Positions 1 to 11,200 of a stretch of 64,000 bases of DNA are shown here, one piece after another (positions within the stretch are counted from its first letter, which is position 1; each line of letters starts with the position of its first letter). Origin of the DNA: Octopus vulgaris. Lineage: Eukaryota. Made by a program: the position numbers and the translations under genes. A model generated the notes under the pieces. That model worked only from the letters and a program-made list of their open reading frames with translations. It was not told the origin of the DNA and made no database searches. Location: contig OX597819.1 of assembly GCA_951406725.2 (NCBI GenBank), forward strand, positions 61,504,001 through 61,568,000, given 5' to 3'.

Positions 1-526
1 ATACATACATACAAAACATAATTGTGTGTAATTTTCATTATATCTTCGAGTAAACCATCAGAACTGACAACTAGAGAAACAGACCATTTTAAAACCGCAA
101 CAAATGTGTTACTTTAACAGACAGGCTGTGTCTAAGAACCAAATTTGAATCAGAAGAGGAACGGCCTATGAAGAACCACTTGTTTCTGGAACACAGTAGC
201 AGTCTTTGATGGAACTAAAAAGAAAAAAAAAAACAAGAAAAACACGCATTTCAAGTTTGATGTATTGTTATAGAAAGATAGCTGTTTAAGATTGTTATTG
301 CATATAAGGAGACAAACGGTAAAGTAGATTAATTATTCCAAGCTAAAAATATTTAAGATATAACCAAAAGAATAGGTATCAGTTTTTTTTAAGCACTAGA
401 TTCATTTCATTGAACAATCCAATGGTTTTGACCAGCGTTTGCCTTTTGGCCCCTTTAATTCCTGTTTCACTCAGATGGTCCCTCCTATTGTATTTTCATA
501 ATTGAATATTAAGAATTTTAAGATCT

Positions 527-922
527 TTTATTCTTTTACTTGTTTCAGTCATTTGACTGCGGCCAGGACTTATTTTGTGTAAACCTAGTACTTATTCTAT
601 CTGTCTTTTTTGCAGAACCGCTAAGTTACGAGGCCGTCAATACACCAACATCGGTTGTCAAGCGATGGGGAGTGGACAAACACAAACACACAAATACATA
701 CAAATGCACATACACATACACATACACACTCACACACAAACATATATATATATATACGGTGGGCTTCTTTCAGTTTCCGTCTACCAAATCAACTCACAAA
801 GCTTTGGTTGGCCCGAGGCTATGGTAGAAAACACTTGTTCAAAGTGATACGCAGTGGGACTGAAGCTGGAACCATGTGGTTTGGAAGCAAGCTTCTTACC
901 ACACACCCACTCCTGCGCCTAT
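527..922 (-). mobile_element. SINE family A (tRNA-derived head, CORE-like central block, internal microsatellite)
   Basis: Reverse complement matches the repeated unit ggcgcaggagtggctgtgtggtaag...gttcagtcccactgcg...gacggaaactgaaagaagccc-(TA/TG)n-...gcagtcaaatgactgaaacaagtaaaaga found in about 20 copies or fragments in this window. The head carries A/B-box-like motifs. Confidence 0.85.
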
Positions 923-1507
923 ATAAAAAATTGTATAAAAATTGTTAAAATATTTTGTTTATTGTGGAAGTATAACCAATTTATTGCAGATAGATCTTAA
1001 CAGCAAAACCTTATGTGGAACCCGAAGGGTCTTGTGGACTCCGGTTGAGAACCACAGAAGTAGAAACTTCGAAGTGGTGCTTCAGCATGGCCGCTGTCCA
1101 ACGACTGAAATAAACAAATGGATATGCTCTTCCAGCAGTGTAGTTATTCACCACACACACACACATACACACACACACACATACACACACACACATACAT
1201 ACACACACGAATGAACAGGCATACATATACGCTGGGGTAGGGGTGGAAGAGATTTTAGTCCAGGACGAATATAATACCTAAAATCGATCTCCGTATATAT
1301 TGATTTGCAGGCGAGCGCATCATCGATTATGCCACGCTCAGATTACATTTCATTCTCATCAATCAGTTATAAATATCTAACTGGGTATAAATGTCATTTT
1401 GGTGCGCAGAAACCTGTCTCGTCAGTTAATGTTCGATGTTTATGTATGTGCATGTGTGTGTGTATATGTGCTATGTGTGTGTGTGTGTGTGTGTATGTAT
1501 TCATAGA

Positions 1508-1640
1508 CACAGGCGTGGCTGTTACGTAAGAAGCGTGCTTCCAAAACACATTGTTCCCGGTCCAGTCTCCCTGCGTGGCACCTTGGGTAAGTTCCTTCTA
1601 CTTTAACCTTGAGCTGAACAAAATCCTTGTGAGTGGATTT

Positions 1641-1703
<63 letters not shown>

Positions 1704-1806
1704 AAAAATGTGTCAAAGCCATCAGGAGGCGTCGATGCTTCCTAGGGTTAAACAGCGGTGGTGTACCCCCTACTGTCACGTTCGTATTAGATTGACAGTA
1801 TACAAC

Positions 1807-1856
<50 letters not shown>

Positions 1857-2144
1857 AAAAAAATCAAGGTAGAAATTGCTAAAATAATTTTATAAAAAAC
1901 ATTTCAGGTACTGGTTTCAGTCATTGAGACTTCTTCAACTATGCAAATATTCTTTTAAATATACTTTGCATTTAATTTTTCCAAAATTTAATTGTGTTCC
2001 ATGCTTACAGTTGAAGAAGTCTCAATGACTGAAATGTTTTTTATAAAATCATTTTAGCATTTTCTACCTTGACTTTTTTTTCCATACATGTATCAACTCG
2101 TGTGTTCCTTTTCAACCTTCTACGTATATATATATATATGTAAA

Positions 2145-2197
<53 letters not shown>

Positions 2198-2219
2198 ATA
2201 TGTATATATGTATATATAC

Positions 2220-2257
<38 letters not shown>

Positions 2258-2291
2258 GTATATATGTATATATACATATACATACAATATA

Positions 2292-2368
<77 letters not shown>

Positions 2369-2533
2369 AATACACATATGTGTGTGTGTCTTTTTCTGCG
2401 TGTGTGCCCCCCCCTTACTGCCTAACCAGGCCTAAAAAAAAGTACTGAAGTCGATCGATTTGACTAAAACTTCTTTTAGGTGGTGCCCCAGCATGACCAC
2501 AGTCTAATGACTGAAAGAAATAGAAAAGAAAAC
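1508..2533 (+). mobile_element. SINE A split by insertions in its internal (TA)n (head 1508-1640, tail 2378-2533)
   Basis: The head (caggcgtggctgttacgtaagaagcgtgcttcc...gcaccttgggtaag) and tail (ggtggtgccccagcatgaccacagtctaatgactgaaa) are collinear and separated by (TA)n tracts and two unrelated inserts. Confidence 0.7.
1855..2083. repeat. Fold-back (inverted repeat) element with hammerhead-like motif
   Basis: 1855-1940 is the reverse complement of 2009-2083, with an internal deletion in the second arm. Both arms carry TTGAAGA-agtc-tcaat-gact-GAAA. Confidence 0.75.
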
Positions 2534-2904
2534 ATGAAAGATACATGATGAAACAGATTCCAAACAGACTTGTGTTGGTCTGCGTCGGCAATACGTAAAT
2601 TGTTTGGTAAAATCGCTGAAACGATTAGAGTGAATTTGTAGCGAGCTGCAAAAAAATTCAACGCTTCGGAGAGAGATTCCTTCTTCAGAGAAAAGTTGTC
2701 AGGATAGAAATTAATGCGTGACAGAAGATACGTTTCAAGATTACCATTTACTGCGGTGTTATCTAGCAAATTTTCAAATCCTACATGATTACGATTTAAA
2801 CAGTTCACCTGAGATAATTTCGATGTATACATGCATGTATATATGTATACTGGGCAACCCTGAGATAGCCTAGACTCCCGATCAGGGGCGGGGGTTAGCT
2901 TATC

Positions 2905-3275
2905 CGCCTAGCCAGCGGGTGGCATAATTTGAGAGCTAAAATGACGCAAAGCGCATTGTGACCAGCGATGTATAACGATGTGATATGTGTGTGCATATGT
3001 GCGTGTGAGAGTGTCCATACATACATCTGTCTGTCAGTCTGTTTATATGTATGTATGTACACACACACTCTCACACACACATACACACAAAAATCACGTG
3101 ATCGACCAGACTATCGGATGTTGTTATACATTATTGGCCACAATGCACCTTTGTAGTGTTTTAGCTTTCGAATAATGCCACCCCACTGGATAGGCGGGCA
3201 GGCCAACATTCCCCATTGATCAGAAGGTTAGTCTGCCACATTTACAGCTGAATGGACTGGAGCGACGTGAAATGA
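2905..3275. mobile_element. Two SINE family D fragments tail-to-tail (2905-2985 +, 3093-3275 -)
   Basis: Both share gcggggtggc...gctaaaa...gcattgtgaccagcgatgtataac with the copies at 19183, 46992 and 58808. Confidence 0.65.
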
Positions 3276-3390
3276 AAGTTTCATCCCAATCCATCCAGGA
3301 GTTCTTGAGATATCATGTTCACGGACAAACAAACAAACAAACACGAGACTGAAAACAATACATCCGCCCTCGCTAAGGCGGAGGTAATAA
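3276..3390 (-). mobile_element. Helentron-associated (HINE/DINE-like) 5' end
   Basis: Minus strand reads ttattacctccgccttagcgagggcggatgtattgttttc...(gttt)n gtccgtgaac...ggatggattgggatgaaacttt. This is the subterminal hairpin + GTYY microsatellite + core layout typical of non-autonomous Helentrons. Confidence 0.6.
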
Positions 3391-3597
3391 TGTAACGCTA
3401 AAATAATTGAATGGCGACTTGTTCTTAAGCTATGATGAAATCTACGATTGACGTTTCTAAATATTCTGAGAAATACACTTAGAAATACACGCTTCAATTC
3501 ACTTAAATGCCAAGAAAAGGTGTAAAAACAAAAGCAGCCGAGAATTTTACCTGCCTTAAATTGATATTTTATCCAAAGAATCATCGATTTCATGTCC

Positions 3598-3755
3598 AAC
3601 ATAAGAAAAACACAAAGACGAAGTAAAAGAACAATAGACAGTGTATATTAGGTTTATGCTCAGGAAAAATAGAAGACTTTAATTCTGCAAGCCTACGCTC
3701 TTCTACAGAAAGGATAGATAGGAGAGAGAGAAAAGGTGGAGAGAAAAAAACGTAT
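3598..3755 (-). mobile_element. Degenerate copy of the short hammerhead-like element family (cf. 41900-42088)
   Basis: Shares agcctacgctcttctacagaaagg and flanking sequence with 42012-42035. Confidence 0.55.
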
Positions 3756-4579
3756 CTGAATTAAACGGTCAAGGCATGCTAAAATTCTATTTTATATCGT
3801 CTACTTAAAGTCAGAAGATAATATTTTTTTAACAGCATAACAATCTTGATGATTTAGGTAAAGTCTGTTTTAAAATTTCTTTGACTTAATTAAAATGTAT
3901 TATGTATCACAATTATGTAATTATGCATTTGCTGGTATTTATCTTAACGAAACAGGTGTTGAATACAATTACAGTACGAAATTTATGTGAATGTTATGCT
4001 TTTCTGCGAAATATGTTGCTCTTAAAATTCCTTTTTAATCGATTTTGTACATACTTGAAAGTCAGTCCCACTTGGATTTGTTGCAATGTCAGAGTTTAAC
4101 GATCTGTTATTAACTCAGCTTTTAAATACCATGAATATATTTTTTTGATGTACATGAATTCTCAATACGGATAAGGTCATAAACCTAGTACTATACTTTT
4201 GTTTTTCAGAGTGTTTAGTGACAACCTGAAGTCGAACATGACAATATATTGTAATTTTCTTTTTTTTTCTCGCATAATTCCAATTCATTGTAAAATGATA
4301 AAAAATTAATTGTCCAAGACTAACCCACCAAAGAATTTATTACAGATGTTGTTGGATAACATATAAACAACCAAAGAGAGAGAGAGGGGGGGAGCATGCG
4401 TAATTCTAGCTGAATCGAAGCTAATGAAAATCAAATCGGCAACCAAGACTAGACCTGGGGCGGCTAATCGTTGTCTTTTCCAAGAAGAAGGCATTTGAAA
4501 TCAGAATGAAGAGAGCGAGAAGATATACCGCAAAGCATTTCTGCCGACGCCCCAATGATTTTGCCTCTCTCCCACCCGC

Positions 4580-4698
4580 AGAGCAACAGGAACCGAAATG
4601 TTTTGCTCAAGAACACAACATGCCGCTCAACCTGAGAATCGAACCCATGATCCAGCGAGTGTGAGTGCAATGCTTTAACCACTAGGCCACGCTGCTTT
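4580..4698 (-). mobile_element. tRNA-derived SINE head (C/D-type)
   Basis: Minus strand reads gcgtggcctagtggttaaagc...gggttcgattctc...gttgtgttcttgagcaaaacattt. Confidence 0.6.
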
Positions 4699-5009
4699 AC
4701 ACAATTAGCTGTATATTATCTTAAATTGTCTTGCAAAAAAATGGATAAATATTTGCCATGAACCAAAGAAATCATTGATAAGGCAGCCCTCTCAAAGTTC
4801 CTAAAAAATGCGAAAAAAAAAAAAAAACGCTTTAAACCTTAAAACAAAAACTAGTTTCTACAAATTTGTAAAATCAAAAATTTGCTATTTTTCTCGGCAC
4901 GAACGTCCCATATGTTCTCATGAGCATGCAATTCACTCCAAGCACTGAAATATACCTCACCCTTAAACTATAAGAATGGATTCTGATTCAATAAATTTGA
5001 GAATTTTGA

Positions 5010-5200
5010 AAGAAAAGAAAAGTAGTCGATTTCATTGCCCCCAGAACTTGAGTGGTACTTTAATTTATAGATCCTAAAAGGATGAAAAGTGAAGTTGACT
5101 TTGACGAGATTTGAACTCAGAACGTCAAGAACCGAGAGAAGCACCGAGGGGTAATATTCTGATTCCTCTAATGATGCTGCCATTTCACTGCCTTCCGGCA
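5010..5200 (-). mobile_element. SINE family B, degenerate
   Basis: Contains the motifs atttgaactcagaacg and ggatgaaaag shared with other B copies. Confidence 0.6.
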
Positions 5201-5384
5201 GCAAAAGAAAATAATAACAGAAAAAAATAGATAAAAATCTCATTAACTGACGTTAGTTGATTGTACTTCGTTTTATATTAGGTTTGCAAGATTCTTGATG
5301 TGGTTTCGTGTATTGAAACAAATTTTGTTATGTCTTTGGAGAATGATTACGCCAACAATAACACACACACAAGTTGAATTCCAT

Positions 5385-5792
5385 TTCTTTATTACTCTTT
5401 TATTCTTTTACTTGTTTCAGTCATGGCCATGCTGGAGCACCACCTTTAGTCGAGCACATCGAGCCCAGGACTTTTTCTTTGTAAGCTTAGTACTTATTCT
5501 ATCGGTCTCTTTTGCCGAATCGCTAAGTTACGGGAACATAAACACACTAGCATCAGTTGTCAAGCGATGTTGAAGGGACAAACACAGACACACAAACATA
5601 TACAAGCACATACATATACATATATACGACAGGCTTCTTTCAGTTTCCGTCTACCAAATCCACTCACAAGGCTTTGGTCAGCCCGAGGCTATAGTAGAAG
5701 ACACTTGCCCAAGGTGCCACGCAGTGGGACTGAACCCGGAACCATGTAGTTCGTAAACAAGCTACTTACCACACAGTCACTCCTGCGCCTAT
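5385..5792 (-). mobile_element. SINE A, full length
   Basis: Complete unit from head (aggcgcaggagtgactgtgtgg on the minus strand) to the (gagtaa/gaataa) tail. Confidence 0.9.
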
Positions 5793-6041
5793 AAACGTAA
5801 AGACAGACGAAATACCCCTTAGTATTTCGTCCGGCGTACTAACGTTTCTGCTAGCTCGCCGCCGTATTGTTAACAATAACAAGGTGGAATTGAACCTGTT
5901 TGTGTGTTATTATTCTTGGCATATCTTTTATCTTTTACTTGTTTCTGTCATCAGATTGCTGCCATGCTGTGGCACCGCCTTGGGAAATTTTTTAGTCATA
6001 TGAACCATCCCCAGTACTCATATATTTATGTTAACACTCCT

Positions 6042-6453
6042 GAGACGCAGGAGTGGCTGTGTGGTAAGTAGCCTGCTTACCAACCCCATGGTTCCGGGTT
6101 CAGTCCCTCTGCGTGGCGCCTTGGGCAAGTGTCTTCTACAATAGACTCAGGCCGACCAAAGCCTTGAGTGGATTTGCTAGACGGAAACTGAAAGAAGCCC
6201 GTCGTATATATGTATATGTATATGTATATGTATGTGTTTGTGTGTCTGTATTTGTCCCCCCCCCCTCCAACATCGCTTGACAACCGATGCTGGTGTGTCT
6301 ATGTCCCCGTAACTTAACGGTTCGGCAAAAGAGATCGATAGAATAAGTACTAGGCTTACAAAGAATAAGTCCTGGGGTCGATCTGCTCGACTAAAGGCGG
6401 TGCTCCAGCATGGCCACAGTCAAATGACTGAAACAAGTAAAAGAGTAAAAGAG
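6042..6453 (+). mobile_element. SINE A, full length
   Basis: agacgcaggagtggctgtgtggtaag...ggcggtgctccagcatggccacagtcaaatgactgaaacaagtaaaagagtaaaaga. Confidence 0.9.
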
Positions 6454-6957
6454 AAGCGGAAGTGAACCCGTGCGTGTGTTATTGGCGTGATGACTCTCCT
6501 AAGACACAACTAAATGATCGCAGTTATCAGTCAACTGGTGATCAGGCAAGGGACTGAAAATTAGGCATAGGTAAGAGTCTCAGTAGGAAGTAGACCGTGG
6601 TACAACGGATGGTGCTTGTGCACACACTCGGTTTGCTGGGTGCTTACCACCTACGTCACGGCACTCGCCCTTGTAAAAAGTTATATATTTTTAACATTCT
6701 CCCTTTCCAACAGAGAAACAAACACATGTGAGTTAATCATGTGCTTTCACACTCTCTTCTCTCCGCCTCTCTCCCCTCCCCCTCTCTATATATATCTATC
6801 TATCGTATACATGTATACACATGAACGAGCCCGCTCTTTACACACGCACACATTGGTATCTTGCTGTCTCGCTTGTTTTCTTCTCCACTTTTGTTTCTTT
6901 CCCTACATCTCTCATCCCTTTCTGCTTTTTCTTCTCCTTCATCAATCCCTCTTTCTC

Positions 6958-6992
<35 letters not shown>

Positions 6993-7435
6993 ACGTCATT
7001 CTATTCCTTTATTCTCCACCCTGCCTGTTAATCTGTTTGCCACACACCCTACCCCGTAATCCCCCTTTTTTTTCTCCCATTTCCCATTTCTTCATCACTT
7101 TCACAATCTTTATACAAGTGCCTTTTCCCACCCTCATCCATGCCCTCTCTTTGCGTTTTCACTCAGCCTGCCTGCCTGTCCGCATGTCCGCCTGTCCGCC
7201 TGCCCCTTTCCGCACTTTCTCACCTTCCCTCGTCTCCCTCGCGGGTTTTCTCTTTCGTAGTCATTCTTCATCTTACTCTTTCGTTTGACTGTTTCTCTCT
7301 CAAAGTGTTTCTTTCACCCTCAAACACTTTTTATTTCCCATTTCCTTATATCTACCTCACCGTTCTGTTTTTTTTTTCTTTTGTCTGCTTGTGATTATGT
7401 TTATGTATGTGTGTGTGTGTGTGACCGAGCGAGCG

Positions 7436-7491
<56 letters not shown>

Positions 7492-7736
7492 CTGGAGGGA
7501 GGGAGAAATGCATGTGTTTCTGTGAGAAAATACTTCCCCCCACGTTCTTTCTATCTCGGCTGTTTATTGTTATTTTATCTAACCGATGATTGCTTCCAGA
7601 CTTTTCCCCAGTCGGTCCTACATCGACGCCGCCAAATTCTATTACATATATTTCAGCATCCCGTCCCATCTTCTCAGCCAATCTCTAAAATACACAATTT
7701 CTCACAAGAATATGAAACCAACAATATATTATTATT

Positions 7737-7945
7737 GGCGAGCTGGCAGAAGTGTTAATGCGACGGACAAAATGCTTAACGGTATTCTGTCCGTCATCGC
7801 ATCCTGAGTTCAAATTCTGTCGAGGTTGACTCTGCCGTTCATCCTTTCAGGGTCGATAAAATAAGTACCTGTAGAATGCTGCGGTAGATGTAATCGACTT
7901 AACCCCTTCCTCGAACATGCTGTCCATGTGCCTATAATAGAAAAG

Positions 7946-7946
<1 letters not shown>
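7737..7946 (+). mobile_element. SINE B
   Basis: ggcgagctggcagaa...gagttcaaattc...ttcatcctttcagggtcgataaaataagtacc...tgtgcctataatagaaaaga. Confidence 0.8.
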
Positions 7947-8013
<67 letters not shown>

Positions 8014-8015
<2 letters not shown>

Positions 8016-8436
8016 TGAAAGACTCTCGGACAGTTCTTAATTACCATTTATTCTTTACTTGAAAGCAGGCAACAACAAATCACCAAAGGTTTCAAGTATT
8101 GTCTTCTCCTGTGACTCAAAGAGACAATGCTCTCCTTAGGATGCATTGTCTTCTGGATCACCTCGAGCCTGACAGCAGCTCCAATATTTTAATATGTTTT
8201 TCAAAGCTCTTGGAAACAGCTCCTAATGCTCCAATTACCATTACTTTGCTTATGCCCCATAACTTTCCTATCTCGTCCCGCAGTGGCTGGTATTTCCCAA
8301 ACTTTTCTGTTTCACCCTCGAATCGCCTGTTATTGCAACATCTATTATCTTTGCTTCTTTTTCATCTTTATGGATGATCACGATATCTGGCCGTCTCGCC
8401 TCTATGACTTTGTCGCACTGTATATTAAAATCCCCG
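8014..8436 (-). mobile_element. 5'-truncated R4/Dong-type non-LTR retrotransposon (restriction-like endonuclease C-terminus) in (TAA)n
   Basis: Minus-strand translation DFNIQCDKVIEARRPDIVIIHKDEKEAKIIDVAITGD, then after a frameshift KYQPLRDEIGKLWGISKVMVIGALGAV. This is the RPD..D..K..KY restriction-like endonuclease motif. Flanked on both sides by (TTA)n (7947-8013, 8438-8485). Confidence 0.85.
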
Positions 8437-8522
<86 letters not shown>

Positions 8523-9829
8523 AAGCAGCAGCAGCAGCAGCAGCAGCAGCATACTAAGTGGTGAGCTGGCAGAATCGTTAGCACGCCGGGCAAAATGCTT
8601 AGCATTTCGTCCACTCACGCGTCCCGGCTTAATCTCTGGATTAAAACAGTGAAAGGTCGTGTTCATGACGAGGTAAGTCTATCGTGTGTTCTTCTGATGC
8701 TAATTTACATCAATTTCCAACTTTTTGACATATGACTCCTCTCTGGCCTCCTTAAACTACAACCTGGTCTAGAATGACTAACCAAACTGATTCACTTCCT
8801 CCTTCCAACTTTATATGCGATGTCATTTCCCACTAACTCTTTACTAAAATAGGTGACTGATTCATCTTTCAGATACTGGTATTTGGTGTGATATCTAAGT
8901 ACGATTCATCAGCTACCATTCCATATAAGGATGTCCGGTCTCCAAATAACAACGCGTCAGTATAAAAATCTGATAGAAACCATAGGAAATTTAGACTCTC
9001 CAATGATGTTTTCTTAAACAAAGCATAAAAGAACAATGATTTCTGATTTAGGAACAAGGCTAGCAAGTTTGAGAGCAGCCAATACCATCGAACCTGGTAC
9101 TTGATTAGTACCATATTTTATCGGCCTCGGAGGGATGGTATGCAAAGTTGATCTCTGTTTGATTTTATCTCAGGATTTACAGAACCGGAAAAAACACCGA
9201 CAAGCATTTTTTATCGACATTCTATCGATCCTGTCAGGTCTCCGCCTTACAAAACATAAAAATAATTGAGGTTACACTTCATATCGAATTAACGAGGTAG
9301 GGGTAGGCATTTAAACAATGTTGCCTAGTACAGCTATGGTGCTTTAGATCTATCATCCGCATGTACAAAAGACAAGAACACAAAATTTTTAAGATGTTCT
9401 ATAGGGAGAACAATCATTCAAAGAACAGACTTAAGAAGACAACCTTTAGGTTAACATCAACTGAATTTGTAGTTAACATCAAATTAATGAACCGTAGGCC
9501 TGAAACCTCAGCCAATTAAAGAATCTATTGCAGACCAGTTCACTATCGACAACATACCTTTACCAAAACAAGAGAACAATTGTAACTTTTCAGATAAATT
9601 GCTCGCCAACATTTTGCTTTTGCCCACGATAAGTGCCGCAGAGACGCAGCTCTCTTGGCTCTGGTGACTGTCATACGAAGCTCTACCTATAATTCCTTCC
9701 GTAAACCAAAACTTTGGTCTCCGAACGAAATGCACATTGCTACAAATGACTGTACATGGCTCCTGCGTAACAACAAGTATAGTAATATAACTATATTAAT
9801 ATAAGGATTCTCATTAAACTATAGATTTG

Positions 9830-10260
9830 GAAGAACCGTTAGCATGCCGGAGAGAATGCATAGCGGCATTTCGTCCGCCTTTGCGTTTTGAGTTCAAATT
9901 CCGCTGAAATTGTCTTTACCTTTCATCATTTTGAGATCGATAAAATAAGTTCCAATTGAGTACTGGGATAGGTGTAATCGATTAGACCCGTCTCCCAAAA
10001 TTTCAGGCATTATGCCCATGGCCGAAAATGTTGTTGTTGTTAAGGCGGCGAACTGGTAAAATCATTGTACGCCGGACAAAATGCTTTGCGACACTTCGTC
10101 CGTCTGTACGTTCTCCGTTTAAATTCCGCCTAGGTTAAATTTGCTTTCCATCTTTTTGGGATTAATAAATTCAGTACCATTCAAACTTTAATGTCGATGT
10201 AATCGAACTTACCCCGCCTCCCAAGAAATTGCTGGTCTGGCGCCAAAATTTGTAACCAAT
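9830..10260 (+). mobile_element. Two tandem degenerate SINE B copies
   Basis: 9830-10030 and 10043-10260 each show head, ttcaaattccgc, tcgataaa/taataaa-agtacc and a 3' tail. Confidence 0.7.
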
Positions 10261-10374
10261 ATAAGCTTTTCCTGTGTGGATCAAAACTTTGGTCTCCGAA
10301 CTCCGTGTCCACTGTTATAGATGAATGCAATAACAGTAACTAAATTCATGGGAAAAACAAGGATAAAATATTGA

Positions 10375-10560
10375 TTTCAAATTTTGACACATTGTTAGCA
10401 ATTTCGGGAAAGTCGATTACATGGAGCCCAGCACTCAACTGGTACTTATTTTATCGACCCTTCAAGGTGACTTCGACGGTATTTGAACTGAGAGTGTAAA
10501 GACGGACAATATGCCGCTAAGCATTTTCCCTGGCGTGCTAAGGAATTAGCCAGCTCGCCA
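10375..10560 (-). mobile_element. SINE B
   Basis: ggtacttattttatcgaccc...atttgaactg...gccagctcgcc. Confidence 0.7.
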
Positions 10561-10639
10561 TCCGAAACCTGGATAGATTACTAATGCACAGAATCGCATC
10601 AAAGTATAGCCTTTATGATTAAACTGTATTATTTCCAAA

Positions 10640-11200
10640 TATTCTTTTCCACTCTAGGCACAAGGCCCAAAATTTTGGGGGAGGGGGCAGTTGATTATAT
10701 CGACCTCAGTAGGCAACTGGTACTTAATTTATCGACCCCGAAAGGATGAAAAGCAAAGTTGATCTCGGCGGAATTTGAACTCAGAACGTAAAGACAGACG
10801 AAATACCTATTTACTGCCCACAAGGATTACTGCCCACAGACGGATTAAGTCGATTATATCGACCCCAGTGCGTAACAGGTACTTAATTTATCGACCCAGA
10901 AAGGTTGAAAGGCAAAGTCGACCTCGGCGGAATTTGAACTCAGGACGTAGCGGCAGACGAAATACCTATTTCTATTTCTTTATTACCCACAAGGGGCTAA
11001 ACACAGAGGAGACAAAGACAGACAGGCGGATTAAGTCGATTATATCGACCCCAGTGCGTAACTGGTACGTATTTAATCCACTCCGAAAGGATAAAAGGCA
11101 AAGTCGACCTCGGCGGAGTTTGAACTCAAAACGTTGCGGCAGACGAAATACGACTACGCATTTCGCCCGGCGTGCTAACGTTTCTGCCAGCTCGCCGCCT
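10640..11200 (-). mobile_element. Composite trimeric SINE B
   Basis: One head at 11200 and three central domains, with junctions at aaatag|gtatttcgtctg. The first two units end in tail type 2 and the last in tail type 1. Confidence 0.85.
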
